From NCBI GenBank assembly GCA_002633005.1, contig NMRA01000141.1, positions 235,609 through 299,608 on the forward strand: a stretch of DNA of 64,000 nt. The letters run 5' to 3'. The notes beneath the pieces were generated by a model that saw nothing but the letters and a program-made list of their open reading frames with translations, did not search any database and was not told where the DNA came from. This document shows, one piece after another, positions 14,641 to 28,000 of this stretch (positions within the stretch are counted from its first letter, which is position 1; the number at the start of each line of letters is the position of its first letter). The position numbers were made by a program, and so were the translations under genes. Origin of the DNA: Phoronis australis (Eukaryota; Animalia; Phoronida).

Positions 14641-15957
14641 TGTGTGTGCGAATGAACGATGAAAGTAGACGTTAAGTAGCACCTGAAACAATATTAAATA
14701 TACAATTAATGACAATCCAAGAACACAACGACCTCTTTAAATCAACAGGTGAGCACAATCATGTTGTCGTCTGTCAAATCTCTTGAAAGTAGTATGGCTA
14801 AGATAAAAATAATTTGATCACTCATGAACGATGTGACCAAACTTTTTATTACATTTTGATAGAATGACACTTTTTATTCCTTCGTTTTTGAAATAGCATC
14901 CATGGATCATGGATGCTTTATCGGAACTCTCCGATAAATAATTCTCTTTTAGAGTTAACATTGGAATCTTCAACACCAAGGGGATTGAATGATAAACCCT
15001 TCAAAGTTCATAAGTTCATGTATGTAAATATTCATGCTTCAATAACCTTCAAGACCAAATGCAGAATGCAGGAGGTTTAACCCCTCCTAGGTGGAAGTCA
15101 ATATCATTTGTTGGTAAACTAGTCCCCATGAATGAACTAAAGGGCATTAACCTGGCTAAGTGGGCAAACCTCTAATCTTGTATACCAGATGGAGGTCACA
15201 GGTCAATTGACCACAGGTGAGTGAACCCCATGCTAGCTGTATTTAGAACACTGTACACCTGAAGACAACAAGAGAACTGACTGGTCGAGACGATAAGTCA
15301 AACAAATTTTCATAATTAATAGACTAGAGATTGGTGCAGAGACCGATATATTTTAGAAATGATGTTGCTTCCGTCACAAGCCTGAAATTCCCGTGCTGTT
15401 TCGGACTGCTGTGAGACTAAAAGACTGGGCCCCTCTGTCCATAAGCGTCCTGCAATATCAGTCACCCTTTAAAATTCTAGAAAATAGTTTAGCAAAAAGA
15501 CCCTGTATAAAGGTTGATCACCACTGATACCTGTAACACACGTTATCTTATCAACGCCCTTGAGTGGTCCTACGTGCCTGTGAACTAAAAAGGTGATATT
15601 CGCCAGCGGGCAGAGACCAAAACAAAGAGAATCTGGGTTTTTAACCTATTTTATCCATGTGTGGGATCCAGCATAGTCACAGGAGATACAATAGAAGCAT
15701 AGCATAGTGAATGTGGATCCGTAAGGCAGCCCTGGTGTGGGTGATGAACTGCCTAAATGCATGTTTAGAAATATGTTTGATTACGCAGTAGATTACAACC
15801 AAGCAAATAAGCTAGGCCTACAGCGGTAATTCAATGAGAAGCCTAAATACAGTCTTTGATTGGCGAAAGCCGTGAACCAGTTAAGCTCCATCAAGAACTC
15901 GGATACACCACGACTTATAAAAAAAACGTAGCAACTTCAAGGAAATAAACTACTCAC

Positions 15958-16020
15958 CGAAGTCCCAACGAGCGTAATAGCTCACAATCAAACATCTGTT
16001 AGCGCGATGACTGCGAGTTT
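15958..16020 (-). other. Probable 5' non-coding first exon of INSIG
   Basis: Strong donor TCG|GTGAGT at 15957 directly downstream of SRE-like and CCAAT motifs. The ATG-bearing exon begins with an acceptor (tttcag, exon start 14682), so an upstream exon is required. The TSS is not determined. Confidence 0.55.
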
Positions 16021-16022
16021 GT

Positions 16023-16068
16023 ATCACACGATATCAATAAGCTCGGGTGACACACAGTAGCCAATCAC
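16023..16068. promoter_or_regulatory. Putative INSIG promoter: two SRE-like motifs plus an NF-Y CCAAT box
   Basis: ATCACACGAT (16023-16032), GTCACCCGAG on minus (16042-16051), AGCCAATCAC (16059-16068); a further ATTGG near 15860. SRE plus CCAAT is the established architecture of SREBP target promoters. Confidence 0.55.
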
Positions 16069-16412
16069 ATTCTTCCATTTTGAGGGGTCACCAGATGCTG
16101 TTGTTGGTCCTTGACAACAGAGGACGCTGGAAGAGCCTTTCGGTCCANNNNNNNNNNNNNNNNNNNNNNNNNNNNNNNNNNNNNNNNNNNNNNNNNNNNN
16201 NNNNNNNNNNNNNNNNNNNNNNNNNNNNNNNNNNNNNNNNNNNNNNNNNNNNNNNNNNNNNNNNNNNNNNNNNNNNNNNNNNNNNNNNNNNNNNNNNNNN
16301 NNNNNNNNNNNNNNNNNNNNNNNNNNNNNNNNNNCTTTGTGATTGAAAATTTCTCTCCAACGGTTCAAATCACCTGTGACCACAGAGGTGACAATTTGAA
16401 AAAGTACAAAAT

Positions 16413-16732
16413 CATAGGCGGATTTGGGGGGGGGGGCAGGGGGCCGCCCCTTGGCTGCCTAAAAAACATAAAACAAAAAGAGCGTAAGGTAATATTGAGT
16501 TTACTAATTAATGTCGGTAATTATAACGTGCGGCCGAGGGAGGGGGATTCACTAAACTTGACCCCATTGCAAGTGTCCGAGTTGAGACCGCCGATCCAAT
16601 CGTTCGCCCGTTTTTTGTTTTTTATTAGTTTTTTTTGGTCCTCCGACTGTGTTTTACTAGCTGAAGGTGCTTTGTGCGTTTGGCCGAGACAAATTGTTGC
16701 TCCCCCCTTATGATATCCTAGATCTGCCACCG
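16413..16732. mobile_element. G/C-run MITE, same family as 30037-30251
   Basis: Starts CATAGGCGGATTTGGGG and ends CCCCTTATGATATCCTAGATCTGCCACCG; shares internal AGAGCGTA segment. Confidence 0.6.
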
Positions 16733-19700
16733 ATTTGGGTGGCAATAGGCGATCCCGGTGATCATTTATGACAGAAATCATCTATAGCCCGGCTGTTATA
16801 GAACACTAAAGGGGTTTTACCTTTTTGTGACTCAAGATTACAATCTGAATGTTTTTTTTGTGCGTAACGTGTTCTAGGGCCGCTATGATCTGGTTTAGAG
16901 TGCGCCAACTCACTGACTTGAGCCGGGGTACTCGAGTGATGATTGTCGACTAAAAGAGGCCGGTAGTTTAGATGTGCGGTGACACGGACATTGGAATTAG
17001 TCTCGTTTGATTTTACATGTACTCTCGGACCACAGTTTTAACGCCGCACGGAAAATGACTATAGTATCGAATGTGCATGATTTTGAACCGGTACGTCGTT
17101 TATCAAATTTAACTCAAATTTCCAAAGCAACAGCACAATTTTGTAGGCGTGTTTTGGGGTGTTTCTCGATCGGCTTCCGGGCCCAACACATTGTTTTTTT
17201 TTTGGCAAAGGCACTTTAGAGGCTAGGGGCATGTACTAAGTTACTTGTCAGTAGTACCTCGACCGGAGGTCATTCTTTTTAATATCTGGAAGACCATTTC
17301 GCCACAGAAATGTTTTTAGTCAGAGGTCGCGATTCGTTGAGTTCCGTGACATAATTGTGCATTTTACTGATGTCAGTTTTGGCCGCCGAAGAATTAATCA
17401 TGCTAGCTCAAAGTTTCAACAGCATTCAATTGGTGAGATGAATTTATGCCTTGTCCGAAATCCAGTGTTTTTGTGGCCTACGCCATTTGGGTGTTAAGTG
17501 CACAATGAATTTTTTTTAGTAACTCGACTTGCTTCCTCAGTTTTGACCAGTAGGCTACCTCGAATGTCTAACTTAGGTCAATTCAATCAGTTTTTTTCTA
17601 GTAATTTGAATTAAACAATGTTTCTCCAAGATTACCATGAACCTCTCAAAATCCTTTCAATTTCTCCATTATGGTTATGTATGAAGTGAAAGTATTCTGC
17701 AAGTAGAACTTAAGCTTACAGAATTGGACATTTTGCCCATCTGTTATGAGTTGGGTCACGTGATCGTATGAGAATTTAGCAAGAAAAGAAGGTTCATCGA
17801 CAGCGAAACAACGGTATCATGACCAAATTTTATTTGATCTAAGTGTTCAAGAAGACTCCTCAAAATCATCGTCACACTTAGTTAAAATGTCATTTCGTTT
17901 TTTTATTTAAACCACAAGTCATATTTTTATGGCCCTTTGTAGTGCAAAAGCGGAACATTTGGAAAACAATTCCTAAGAGCATATTGGAGAACTGTAAATA
18001 AATAATAATCATATGAATCCGATCAGGCTTTTCGGAGAGGGCAGATTTGGGAAATTTTCTAAGCTCCCGCATAACCTTAATTGATGATTCTCTCCAATTG
18101 GTGAAAGTAAGAGCTTGCATCAAATGACACTTTATACAATAGCGGATTTGCAGCGCAGACGAACTACGCATTGCGCATGTGCGAGTTACTTCCTTCGCGA
18201 AGGCTCATGGGATAGCTTGTGGTCAGGCATGTCTTGAGCAGGCTGGATAGTGTGTGCATTTGGAGTGATTTGCAAACTAAAAACCACGTTTCATTTTTTT
18301 GCTTTATAATACCAAGCAAGTCCTCTCTCTCGTTTGTAAACACAGCGCAGCTATGATCAGTGACCGAGGGCACGACTGTCGTCAGGTTCAGTATTGGGGC
18401 TATCGGCGTTGATTTCGAAATCTCCTCCGGTTTCAGANNNNNNNNNNNNNNNNNNNNNNNNNNNNNNNNNNNNNNNNNNNNNNNNNNNNNNNNNNNNNNN
18501 NNNNNNNNNNNNNNNNNNNNNNNNNNNNNNNNNNNNNNNNNNNNNNNNNNNNNNNNNNNNNNNNNNNNNNNNNNNNNNNNNNNNNNNNNNNNNNNNNNNN
18601 NNNNNNNNNNNNNNNNNNNNNNNNNNNNNNNNNNNNNNNNNNNNNNNNNNNNNNNNNNNNNNNNNNNNNNNNNNNNNNNNNNNNNNNNNNNNNNNNNNNN
18701 NNNNNNNNNNNNNNNNNNNNNNNNNNNNNNNNNNNNNNNNNNNNNNNNNNNNNNNNNNNNNNNNNNNNNNNNNNNNNNNNNNNNNNNNNNNNNNNNNNNN
18801 NNNNNNNNNNNNNNNNNNNNNNNNNNNNNNNNNNNNNNNNNNNNNNNNNNNNNNNNNNNNNNNNNNNNNNNNNNNNNNNNNNNNNNNNNNNNNNNNNNNN
18901 NNNNNNNNNNNNNNNNNNNNNNNNNNNNNNNNNNNNNAAGCTCCCGCATAACCTTAATTGATGATTCTCTCCAATTGGTGAAAGTAAGAGCTTGCATCAA
19001 ATGACACTTTATTCAATTGTTCCCAGATCCTCACGCCAGGCACTAAGGAATTAAACGGATTATAGAACAGTACTGTTGAGGATCGGAACTAGTTTCAGAA
19101 AACTAGACTGTATGGTCCAACAATTTTGTAGACTTGCATTTTTAAATACCGTCTTGCAAAATGCACTGGTTCAGTCCACAATGTTTCCAGCCTATTCAGT
19201 AAACTGCTAACGTTTTCGATGTTTACGTTTTCATCAATGAATAACACTTCCAAGGCACCCGCTCACTCGTAAGACGTGCCATGTTTCCGTGGAAAGCATG
19301 GAGAATACATAGACAATTACCGTTGGCTGACTTATTTATATGCTTTTCAGCATAAAACCGATTAAATCCTTTGATTAGTGAAACAACACAGCCTTTTCAT
19401 TACCACAAAATATATTCTGAATATTACCCTGCGCAAGCACAATACATAAAAGAATATTTATTTTTACAAAATATTAATTTATCAGCAACTTTATTATAAA
19501 AATCCAAAAATCCAAGCAGCGAGCCCTACACCATGGTTCATTCAACCCGACCAGAAAATATAACAAGATCCAACGTCACCACAGGTAAAGAGCAAATGAC
19601 AGAGAATGACCCCATGGATAGAAACCAGTGGGGTCATCAGCAACAATTTTACACAGCAAAGTTTAACTTAAACAATTAATGTAAAATAACACTTCTTAAC

Positions 19701-21412
19701 CCTGTAACCCCAGATTTTTTGGGATTCTACTTATTGCATTGCAGAGACAGAAAGACCAGAGACATAAGTCAGAAAGAGCAAAGACATAATTAAGAAATGA
19801 CCGGAAAAATATAAATTTCGCATCAGTAGTTAGGACCACTGACTATTGCATGATTAAGAAATAGTCTCCCATATAATTTCAATAATTTCATTGGCAAGTT
19901 GTTTTCACATTCCACATGGACTGTAGTCAACCTGTAAACATCCGGTCACATCAATGATAACTTGTGTAGATGCATGGGTTGATATATAATACACCCATGT
20001 AAGGTGGAGAGATTTAACCAGGGCTTGGAATGACCAATGATAAAAAAGAGGAAAATTTTCCTGGTGATATATCGTTCCACAAATAATTAGACATGTGTGA
20101 TAGAAATTTTTTTTGTGATGTAAAATTTAACTGAAACAAACATTTTTGGGTGAATAAAGTAAAAAAAATAATGACAAATGATGAAAAAAGGAAACTGGAT
20201 ATCAAATAAAAGGAAATCGAAATCAAAAAACATGAAATCCTCTCATAAGAGGTAAATTCCAAGCCTTGTTGAACTTCAGCCGGATCCGATGGCTTATGCC
20301 TCGAAAAAAGGATTTGCTAATCTATGTTATTACTGCAAGTCTTCACCCAATAAGAACACAATATGGCTAACAATTCAAACACTATTTCTCCACAAAAATA
20401 AAGATAAAGAAAACCTTTGTCTATTATTAGCATAATCTGTACTGTGTAGTTGTCATAAAACAATTTCGGTAAATTTCATTCATGCAAGATTTGGAAAATG
20501 ACAATTTTGGCAATTTTTTGTGTGAGGTAAGAGGAGAGTTTCCATTACTGTTTCACTCTGAGGCTGGCTTTCAACATGATAGTTGCTGAGTAATGCTCAC
20601 ACCAACACCCTGTTGCAGTGGATCCATTCTGGTGTGCTGCAGTGTCAAGTGTCGTTGGGGTCATGTTGTTCACACATAACCAAGGTAACTGTGATATCAG
20701 GAATGTTTACAAGCCAATAACAATCCCATGAATAATTCCAAAAAAACGACAGCAGCGCTGTACATAAAACCCCTATAAAGCAAAAAAAAATATTATCCAA
20801 AAGACTTTGAGACTCAATGACATATACTGCTTTCAGTCACTAGGTTATTCAAATTGAGAATCTTTACAAGAGCAAACCATTAGAATTCGCCCACTGCACC
20901 CAAAGTGGCATTTTTAATAGTACAATGCATGAAATAAAAAGGGTGCTGAGAGGGCGCAACACAATTAGTCATATCTGTCTGAAACAAGGCAAGTGTTGTT
21001 GTTTCCTTGATAGAAACTTATTTGCCAAAAGTCATGAAACATCCCTAAATGTAGATAAGGTAATAAATTAGAATTGACACTAAGTGGCACACCAGTAGTT
21101 GAATCCGCATGAAATTTCACGAGCATCCATTATAGGTTTTGGAAAAGGAGCACGGCTGGATGACAGCATAATGCACGCACGAACGCACGCACACACACAC
21201 ACACACAAAACATGCATATGTACAAAGTTTTAACATACATACATGTGAGATCATAAAAATCAGAAGCCAGTAACTATACAGAAAATATGCATTTGAAATA
21301 CAAAGGACTTTTAGGAAGATGTTAAGCCAAAAGAGGGCACGAATATTCACCACCAACGTACATATTTTACACAGTTGTATATTTACAAATGCCCAAGAAC
21401 AGACAAATCGGA

Positions 21413-21505
21413 AATAGTCGGATATAACATGCCGTATTTTGAGAACCAGTTTGATACCACACTGTGGAGAAAACTGGTTCTCAAAATTCGGGCATATTAG
21501 ATCCA
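21413..21505. mobile_element. Palindromic MITE, same family as 10090-10189
   Basis: AATAGTCGGATATAAC...GAGAACCAGTTT...AAACTGGTTCTCAAAATTCGGGCA. Confidence 0.55.
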
Positions 21506-22007
21506 ATCATTACCATCAGATCTATCACAAAGTTAATGAAGCATGCGCACATTTCAGGGAAAAGACGGAATGAAGCACAGAGCGCTCTGAAACCAGTAAA
21601 AATAGCAGAATCTCTAACACACGATTATGTTTACCAATAGCTCAAATTGAAAAGACCAGCGAAGCAGAATGATGCCTGCATCAAGATCACAGCTTCTCAA
21701 TGCTGAGGTTCATTACTATTTCATGCCCTCTATTGTCTGTTATGAGGAACTATTATGCACATTCTCCTGAAGTTATTTTCAAAGTCCACATGTTGATCAG
21801 CTAATAACTCCACCTAGTGTCTGGTTACAGAATCAGCCTATTTCTAGCCTTTGCATATTGCATAAAATGACAAACCCATCAACCCAGACAATTAAAGTCA
21901 GTTCTTAGCAAGCAGTAAATGCACTTCTCAAAATCAGGCATCAAGTGAGTAATCAACAACTTTAATTAATAAGTCACAAAGTCTGCTATGATTATGTAAC
22001 ACAGCGC

Positions 22008-25000
22008 TCATATGCTGATGGCATTTGGTACTTCAGCTGGACTCAGGTAAATGTACTTCTCAACTCTTTTGGCATTGTGCTCATCAATAATATGCGTAAT
22101 TTTCCCGCAGTCTTCGCGTAATCTGAAACAACCAAAAGCTTAAGCAGGGCAATGGAGCTCAACACATACAATGGAACACGGATTGCATGCAGTGCCATCT
22201 TGTGGTATTTTCTTTAGGTTTGTGTGTTTGAGGTAGAACCCTTTTTGAAGGTTTTCAACATGGCAGTTTGTACAGCTTCATTCGTCATCAGTTCTTGCAG
22301 TTTAAAACTGATCACTTTTGACATGATCTAAATAGCTACCTCTCATGTTGCTATGGAAAGAATTAGAAACCGCACTTAAAGTGGCTATGCGTGAGGGTGC
22401 ATTGTGTTCAAGAGCGGCACTTTTAATTAGGACACTTGTTGCTATGAACTTGGTCTCAACTTGTTCCTTATTCAGATGGTAAGTGATTCAGTCTGCAGGG
22501 GTTTGCAAAGGAAATGATAGTTCATTACTCCTAGTGTATCACACGACATGCTGTGACATGTCAACTTGTAGAGCTTGGTCTTATTCCCTAACGTACAGGC
22601 AGATCTTTCAAACCCCTGAAATCCCCTAATCACCTCCAATTTGACTACTCAAGGATCAATTTGAGACCAACGTACTTCATAACCTTACAATGAGTGGTCT
22701 AAATTACAAATTGAGATAGAATGTGGGTTTTTAACCACTTCTAAGTATTTCTGAAATCTTTTTTTATCTGCACTATATCAAGCAAAACCAACAACACCTT
22801 TAATGTGCCTACCCAGTGTTCTATTATCTTCACTCATAACAATGTAATAATGTGACTAACAAAAAGACCAACAATAACAACCATGATCTAATATTAGTTT
22901 AACAACAGTAACATTGATTACTAATATCTGGAGTGTAATTGCTTTAGCGATGTTAAACTTACTGCTTGAGGGCCTTTATAAATATCGGGTGATAGGCGTA
23001 CTGAACTTCAAACTCGCCAAGGGAATTTGTGCCACGATCACTCAGAATTTTTGTGACAATCATGATGTCTAAAAATTGTTCTTTGGCTGGCAAGATCTCC
23101 ACAATATCCTGTTCAGTTCTGGCTTTCTGAAACGATTCGACAATGAGACGCGCTATTAGCAGTTGCAGTCAGAATAGTATTGTAATTATGATAATTATCA
23201 ATATCAATATTCAATAATAACAATATTTCTCTCAATCAAAAATATCAAAATTGTTAATAATGTCGTTATATATAGTAATATGTATTGTCGGTCTACTATT
23301 ATCATAAATACTATCAGTACACAGAATTTGGCTTGACTTCTTTTGAAACAGGCCAAGGGACCTGTAAGTCATTAGAATGAGTAAAAAATATATGACACAG
23401 ACATCGATCGTGCAATGCAGAGTTAGTGCTTAAGCTTAGTTACACTAGTGTATGAAACAAGATTATTTTTCGTTTTCAGTCAGAGGAATTTGGCTCTAAT
23501 GTTGGAGGATAAATTATACACAAGTCAAATGCAGACAAGAACACAAAATGTGTATATGAATGAATACCACTGATTTCACAGTAAAAAAAGTAAATGGTCT
23601 TTTAGGAAAGGTCTTGACACCTGTCATGGGTCACAGCTACTTAAGATAGTGACCCAAACATTTCCATGTTTCATCATGCACATCACAAGCATTTAAAAAT
23701 TGTACTGGGATCAAAAACGCATACCATTAACTCCCCGCTTTTATCGAGACCACAGTGTATGCTAATATCAGACAAACTGCTGCAATAAGATCCAGACTGC
23801 AGTAAGCAGACGGCAATACCGGGTAAATGAGTCATGTGACTGATGCTGCAGCCACGATAGACAAACTTCAAATAATACAAGTCATTGTCCCTTGATGATG
23901 TTTTGTGGCATGAATCAACTAGGCCGTCTAGTCCCAGAATGCATTGCTGGCCCAGCAAGATGGTCCCAGAAGTTTGTTGATCATGTATGTGACTTTTCTA
24001 ATCATAATTTAAGGCTGTTTTAATCTAGACCCTACTTCATAAACATACCTTATCCGTAGGTCTGGGACCGTGCAGAATGCTGGGATAGTTGGGCGGGAAG
24101 GCGTACTCATCATACTGGTTAAAGTTGGCAGCCGCATGGGCGACGCTGCTGAGGAAAATGATGGATGTGACCAACGGGATGATGTCATCAACTTTAGAGG
24201 CACTCGTTGGCATTCCCTAAAACAAGAGGTTGGTTCATTGATACAAGCAGGTTTTGATAGAAGAAATATACCAACAACTGGTATACAGTGGTCCCAGATT
24301 TTGAGAACTAGTTTGATGCCCGTTACTTAGTGGAAAAACTAGTTCCCAAAAAAGAGAACCCCTATAAGTGACTATTATCCAAAATAGGTCTCATCTTGCT
24401 TCCTGCTGGTTAGAATTGACATCTCCACATAAGAACAGACATGTTGCTACAAGTTCAGACCAGGCCCCTAAAGTTGCTTGCCAAGGCAGGTTATAATTGC
24501 AGTCCCCAAAGTAGTACAGTTGCCATGGGAAATCCAGACAACCAGTTTTAATTCAAACAAAGGATGCAATGACATTGTTAGAGCTAATAGGCCAGTGAAC
24601 ATATCTGATGTTTCAATTCCAGAACACTTTTGCCAGAAAACAATTTCAGTTCTTCTGTGACACTTGAAATCATCAAGCACAGCCAATGACATGAAATGAC
24701 AGAGAACTGGCATGAATTGTAATTCGCAAAGTCCAATTACAAAATTGAATGAAAACACTGGCAAAATATAGCTTTGGAAACACTGGACACTTTAACACAA
24801 AACAACAGCTTAATAGTCTAGACATGTATAAGATTAAATTTTGGCAAACATTTTTAGCCATATCACGTGACCTCGTGGATATAAGTCTGAAAAGATTTCA
24901 GCCCCAACCAAGACTTGAAACTGGGACCTTCTACTAACTGTGCAGATGTTTTAATCCACTAATCCATCAGGACCACCAATCAAATAAAGTGGTGGTCCCG

Positions 25001-28000
25001 ATGGCCGAGTGGACTAGAGCGTTTGCACGGTTAGCAGAAAGTGCCAGGTAGGGCAGAAATCTTTTCAAACTTATATTCATTAGGTCACGTGATGTGCCAA
25101 CAGGTGGCGTGTTGACCAAACTTAAAAATGTTTGTGAGCTATATTTTCACGCCGATTTAAGATTCACATATTAATATAAGATTAAATGTTATGCATTACC
25201 AAAATGTCACAACCATTTTCCGCTTCTGGGCGTGATAACTCTGATAACCATGCTTGCAGTTCGTAGTCCCCGGAAACTAAATTGTCCGATGTATAGACGG
25301 CAGTCAAAATAGAGGTCACATATTTTTTCAAGGCTTCGTAGGTTAGCAACGCATCGTCACGGTAATGGTAATTAGGTAAGGCTTCTGTATCGTCCACCTG
25401 AAATCGCATAAGGATGTATCAACTTCATTTGAATTCATACAAAATAAAGAAAATTACATCTGAATAATACTTTTTCTGAACAACCGCATATACTTTTGCC
25501 AAACATAAATATTTGTTTACGTTCTGAAAAAGAATCAACAACAGCTTAAGATTACATTTTGGTATAATTGTACCTTTCTTTTTTGCTAAATTTACTAAAA
25601 AGAGCTAATCTGAGTGACAGATTGATCAATATTAACTCAAATATCAAACTCTGCATACTTTAAGCTAACAGAAAATGGTGCACTTTTCCCAGAGTTGAAT
25701 TTCAGTCTTGTAGATATTTGTCTGAATGCGCAGACTTGCCAATGATGTCCTACACGTGTATGCCAACATAATGACGAAAATAATGATCGAGATTGGCTTT
25801 TACAGTGGGTTGACACCTGGTGGAATATAAAATCCTGATTATTTATGTGAAAACAGTTATTGTCCGCCATAAATAACCATGCATACACTACAAACAACTC
25901 ATAGAGAGTTAAATTGTGCCCATCACTTAATCATAGAACCGCTTACCCCCCTCTCCTTGAGGTCCTCTGGAAGTGTCCCCTGCACGTCCATTCGCCAACC
26001 TTTCCACACTCTCTGGATGATGTTGAACATACCAATGCGTCCAATCCCCATACAAGCATCCACCCAGCCTCCCTCACTAACCAATTTCTCCAGAGCTCGG
26101 CTAAAGAAGATGTTCACCACGCAATTAATTTAATTAGGCCACAATCCGCCATGTTCTGTCCACGACCGCACTGCAAACAGTATGCTTCTACAGGAGCTAA
26201 TTAGTGTCATGTGGACCCCAATTTTAACATTTAATAAATTTTCAATATTTGCAGCGAGGTAGTCGGCTTTCGAGAAATAAGAAAAGTTATTTTGTCAAAT
26301 ATTTTCGCATGAAATATGTGAAGAGTTACTGCCTGTGAACAAATTTTGTTCCCACTTCATCCAGATATTGAAAGAGCTGGGTATATTCTTCATTAAATCA
26401 TCTAGGAAAATCCTGAGAGCTACATGTCAGTTCAGGATGACGTACCTATTAATGGCGATGAGATATAAGAAATGAGGTGCCAGGAGTCTGTAGATTGGGT
26501 GAGATGGAGAGAGCTGACGATGAGTGCTGACTGCAATAGACTCCACTACCAGGTGAGTTAACCCTGCAATGAATCATTAACAGTCCCCATGTTGAAATTC
26601 CGCTGCTAGCAGTTTAGTCAAAGATCTTATGATAATTATATGCGCAGGAATATATTATGGGACAGAGCTTACCGCTTCCATTTCCATAAGTGAACATTTC
26701 AGAAGTGCAATGCAAGTGACTTGGGTACACTGAACACAGCACTTGGGTGATTATTACTAGTTAATTATAATAATTGTGCATTGATATGATATATAGAATT
26801 ATAAGTCTTCTTACACACACAATGTGACCTTCAGATCTTTTCAGCCCTAACTCTAGGTTACGTGATGTGACCAACATACGGAAAGTAAGAAGACTAATAA
26901 TTCTTACATTTCAGTTCTTTCTGTTTTAGCTACATGTGATACATCACATGTATATACGAGTGTACGTGAACATGTGGCCACATAGGCACAAATGCAATTG
27001 GTAAGTAAAATTTCCCAAACATAATCCCTATGTGCTCATAACGAGTTAACTGGGAATTAATAGTTACAAAAGAACTGAGTTAGCACAATCTCACCTAAAT
27101 GAACGGCAGACTGGTGGTAAGAAGAGTCGGCCAAATTGAAGAACATCTTCGCCATAAGCCAGGTGTACTCTGGGTCAGATGGGAAGAACACAGGATTATC
27201 TTCGGCAGGTTCTTGTTCCAGCTGGATGGCAACAGGCATCAACTCACCAGCTTTATTGACATAGAAAAGGGCTATGGGAGCAGGAATCTGCAGATATTAA
27301 TAGGATCTGATTAGAACAACTGTTATATGCCCCAGGGCATAAATTTAAAAAAAAAAAAATTACCTTTCTTGTATCCAAACTGAAACCCCAAGCTCATGAA
27401 CTGCAAATTCACATTGATTAAGGGCCAATATGTTTAGGAAGTTCGTGGTACCAGTAATTACATTACTTAACGGAGAATGCCACCCAAAAAACAACCTATT
27501 TTGTATCAATTTAGATCGAGTAGTTCCACTCGATAACAGCAAGTACAGATCTTTCACCTGACATGCGGCACCTGATGGCAGACGGACATTACAGCTTCGA
27601 AACGCAGTCTGTTCAGCCATTCACAACACCCTTACTAATGTCAGCTCATCACTTGAATTCATCATTTTACGCCACACCAAAATTCGATGTGAAAACCCTT
27701 CAAATACATCGAGTTCTTGAACAAACGTGTTATTTTATTTCGCTGTAACGGATTTATAGTTATTTGAATGTACCGTAGCCTACAAAGGTTGGTAGGCCAA
27801 TTTACCAAGGTCGGTCGCGGGAGTTTGGGGTCTGTTCCATGATATATTCAAATTATTCTTCCGTGAAATACAGACAAGAGAACATTATAAGCTGTGTATT
27901 GTAATTTAGACTTGCAATTTTTTTCAGTCAGCATTCTAAACACACAAAACGCTTGTTATCCTGGCCAGTGCCTCGGAACCTGATCATACCCATCGTGGCC

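Noticed and set aside
16024-19004. Long ORFs in the supplied track (200-278 aa), also at 45312-45670
   Set aside because: Artefacts of N-runs in assembly gaps.
24992-25040. tRNA gene (GGTCCCGATGGCCGAGTGG...)
   Set aside because: Only an A-box-like 5' part; no T-arm/B-box or acceptor stem. At most a truncated SINE head.
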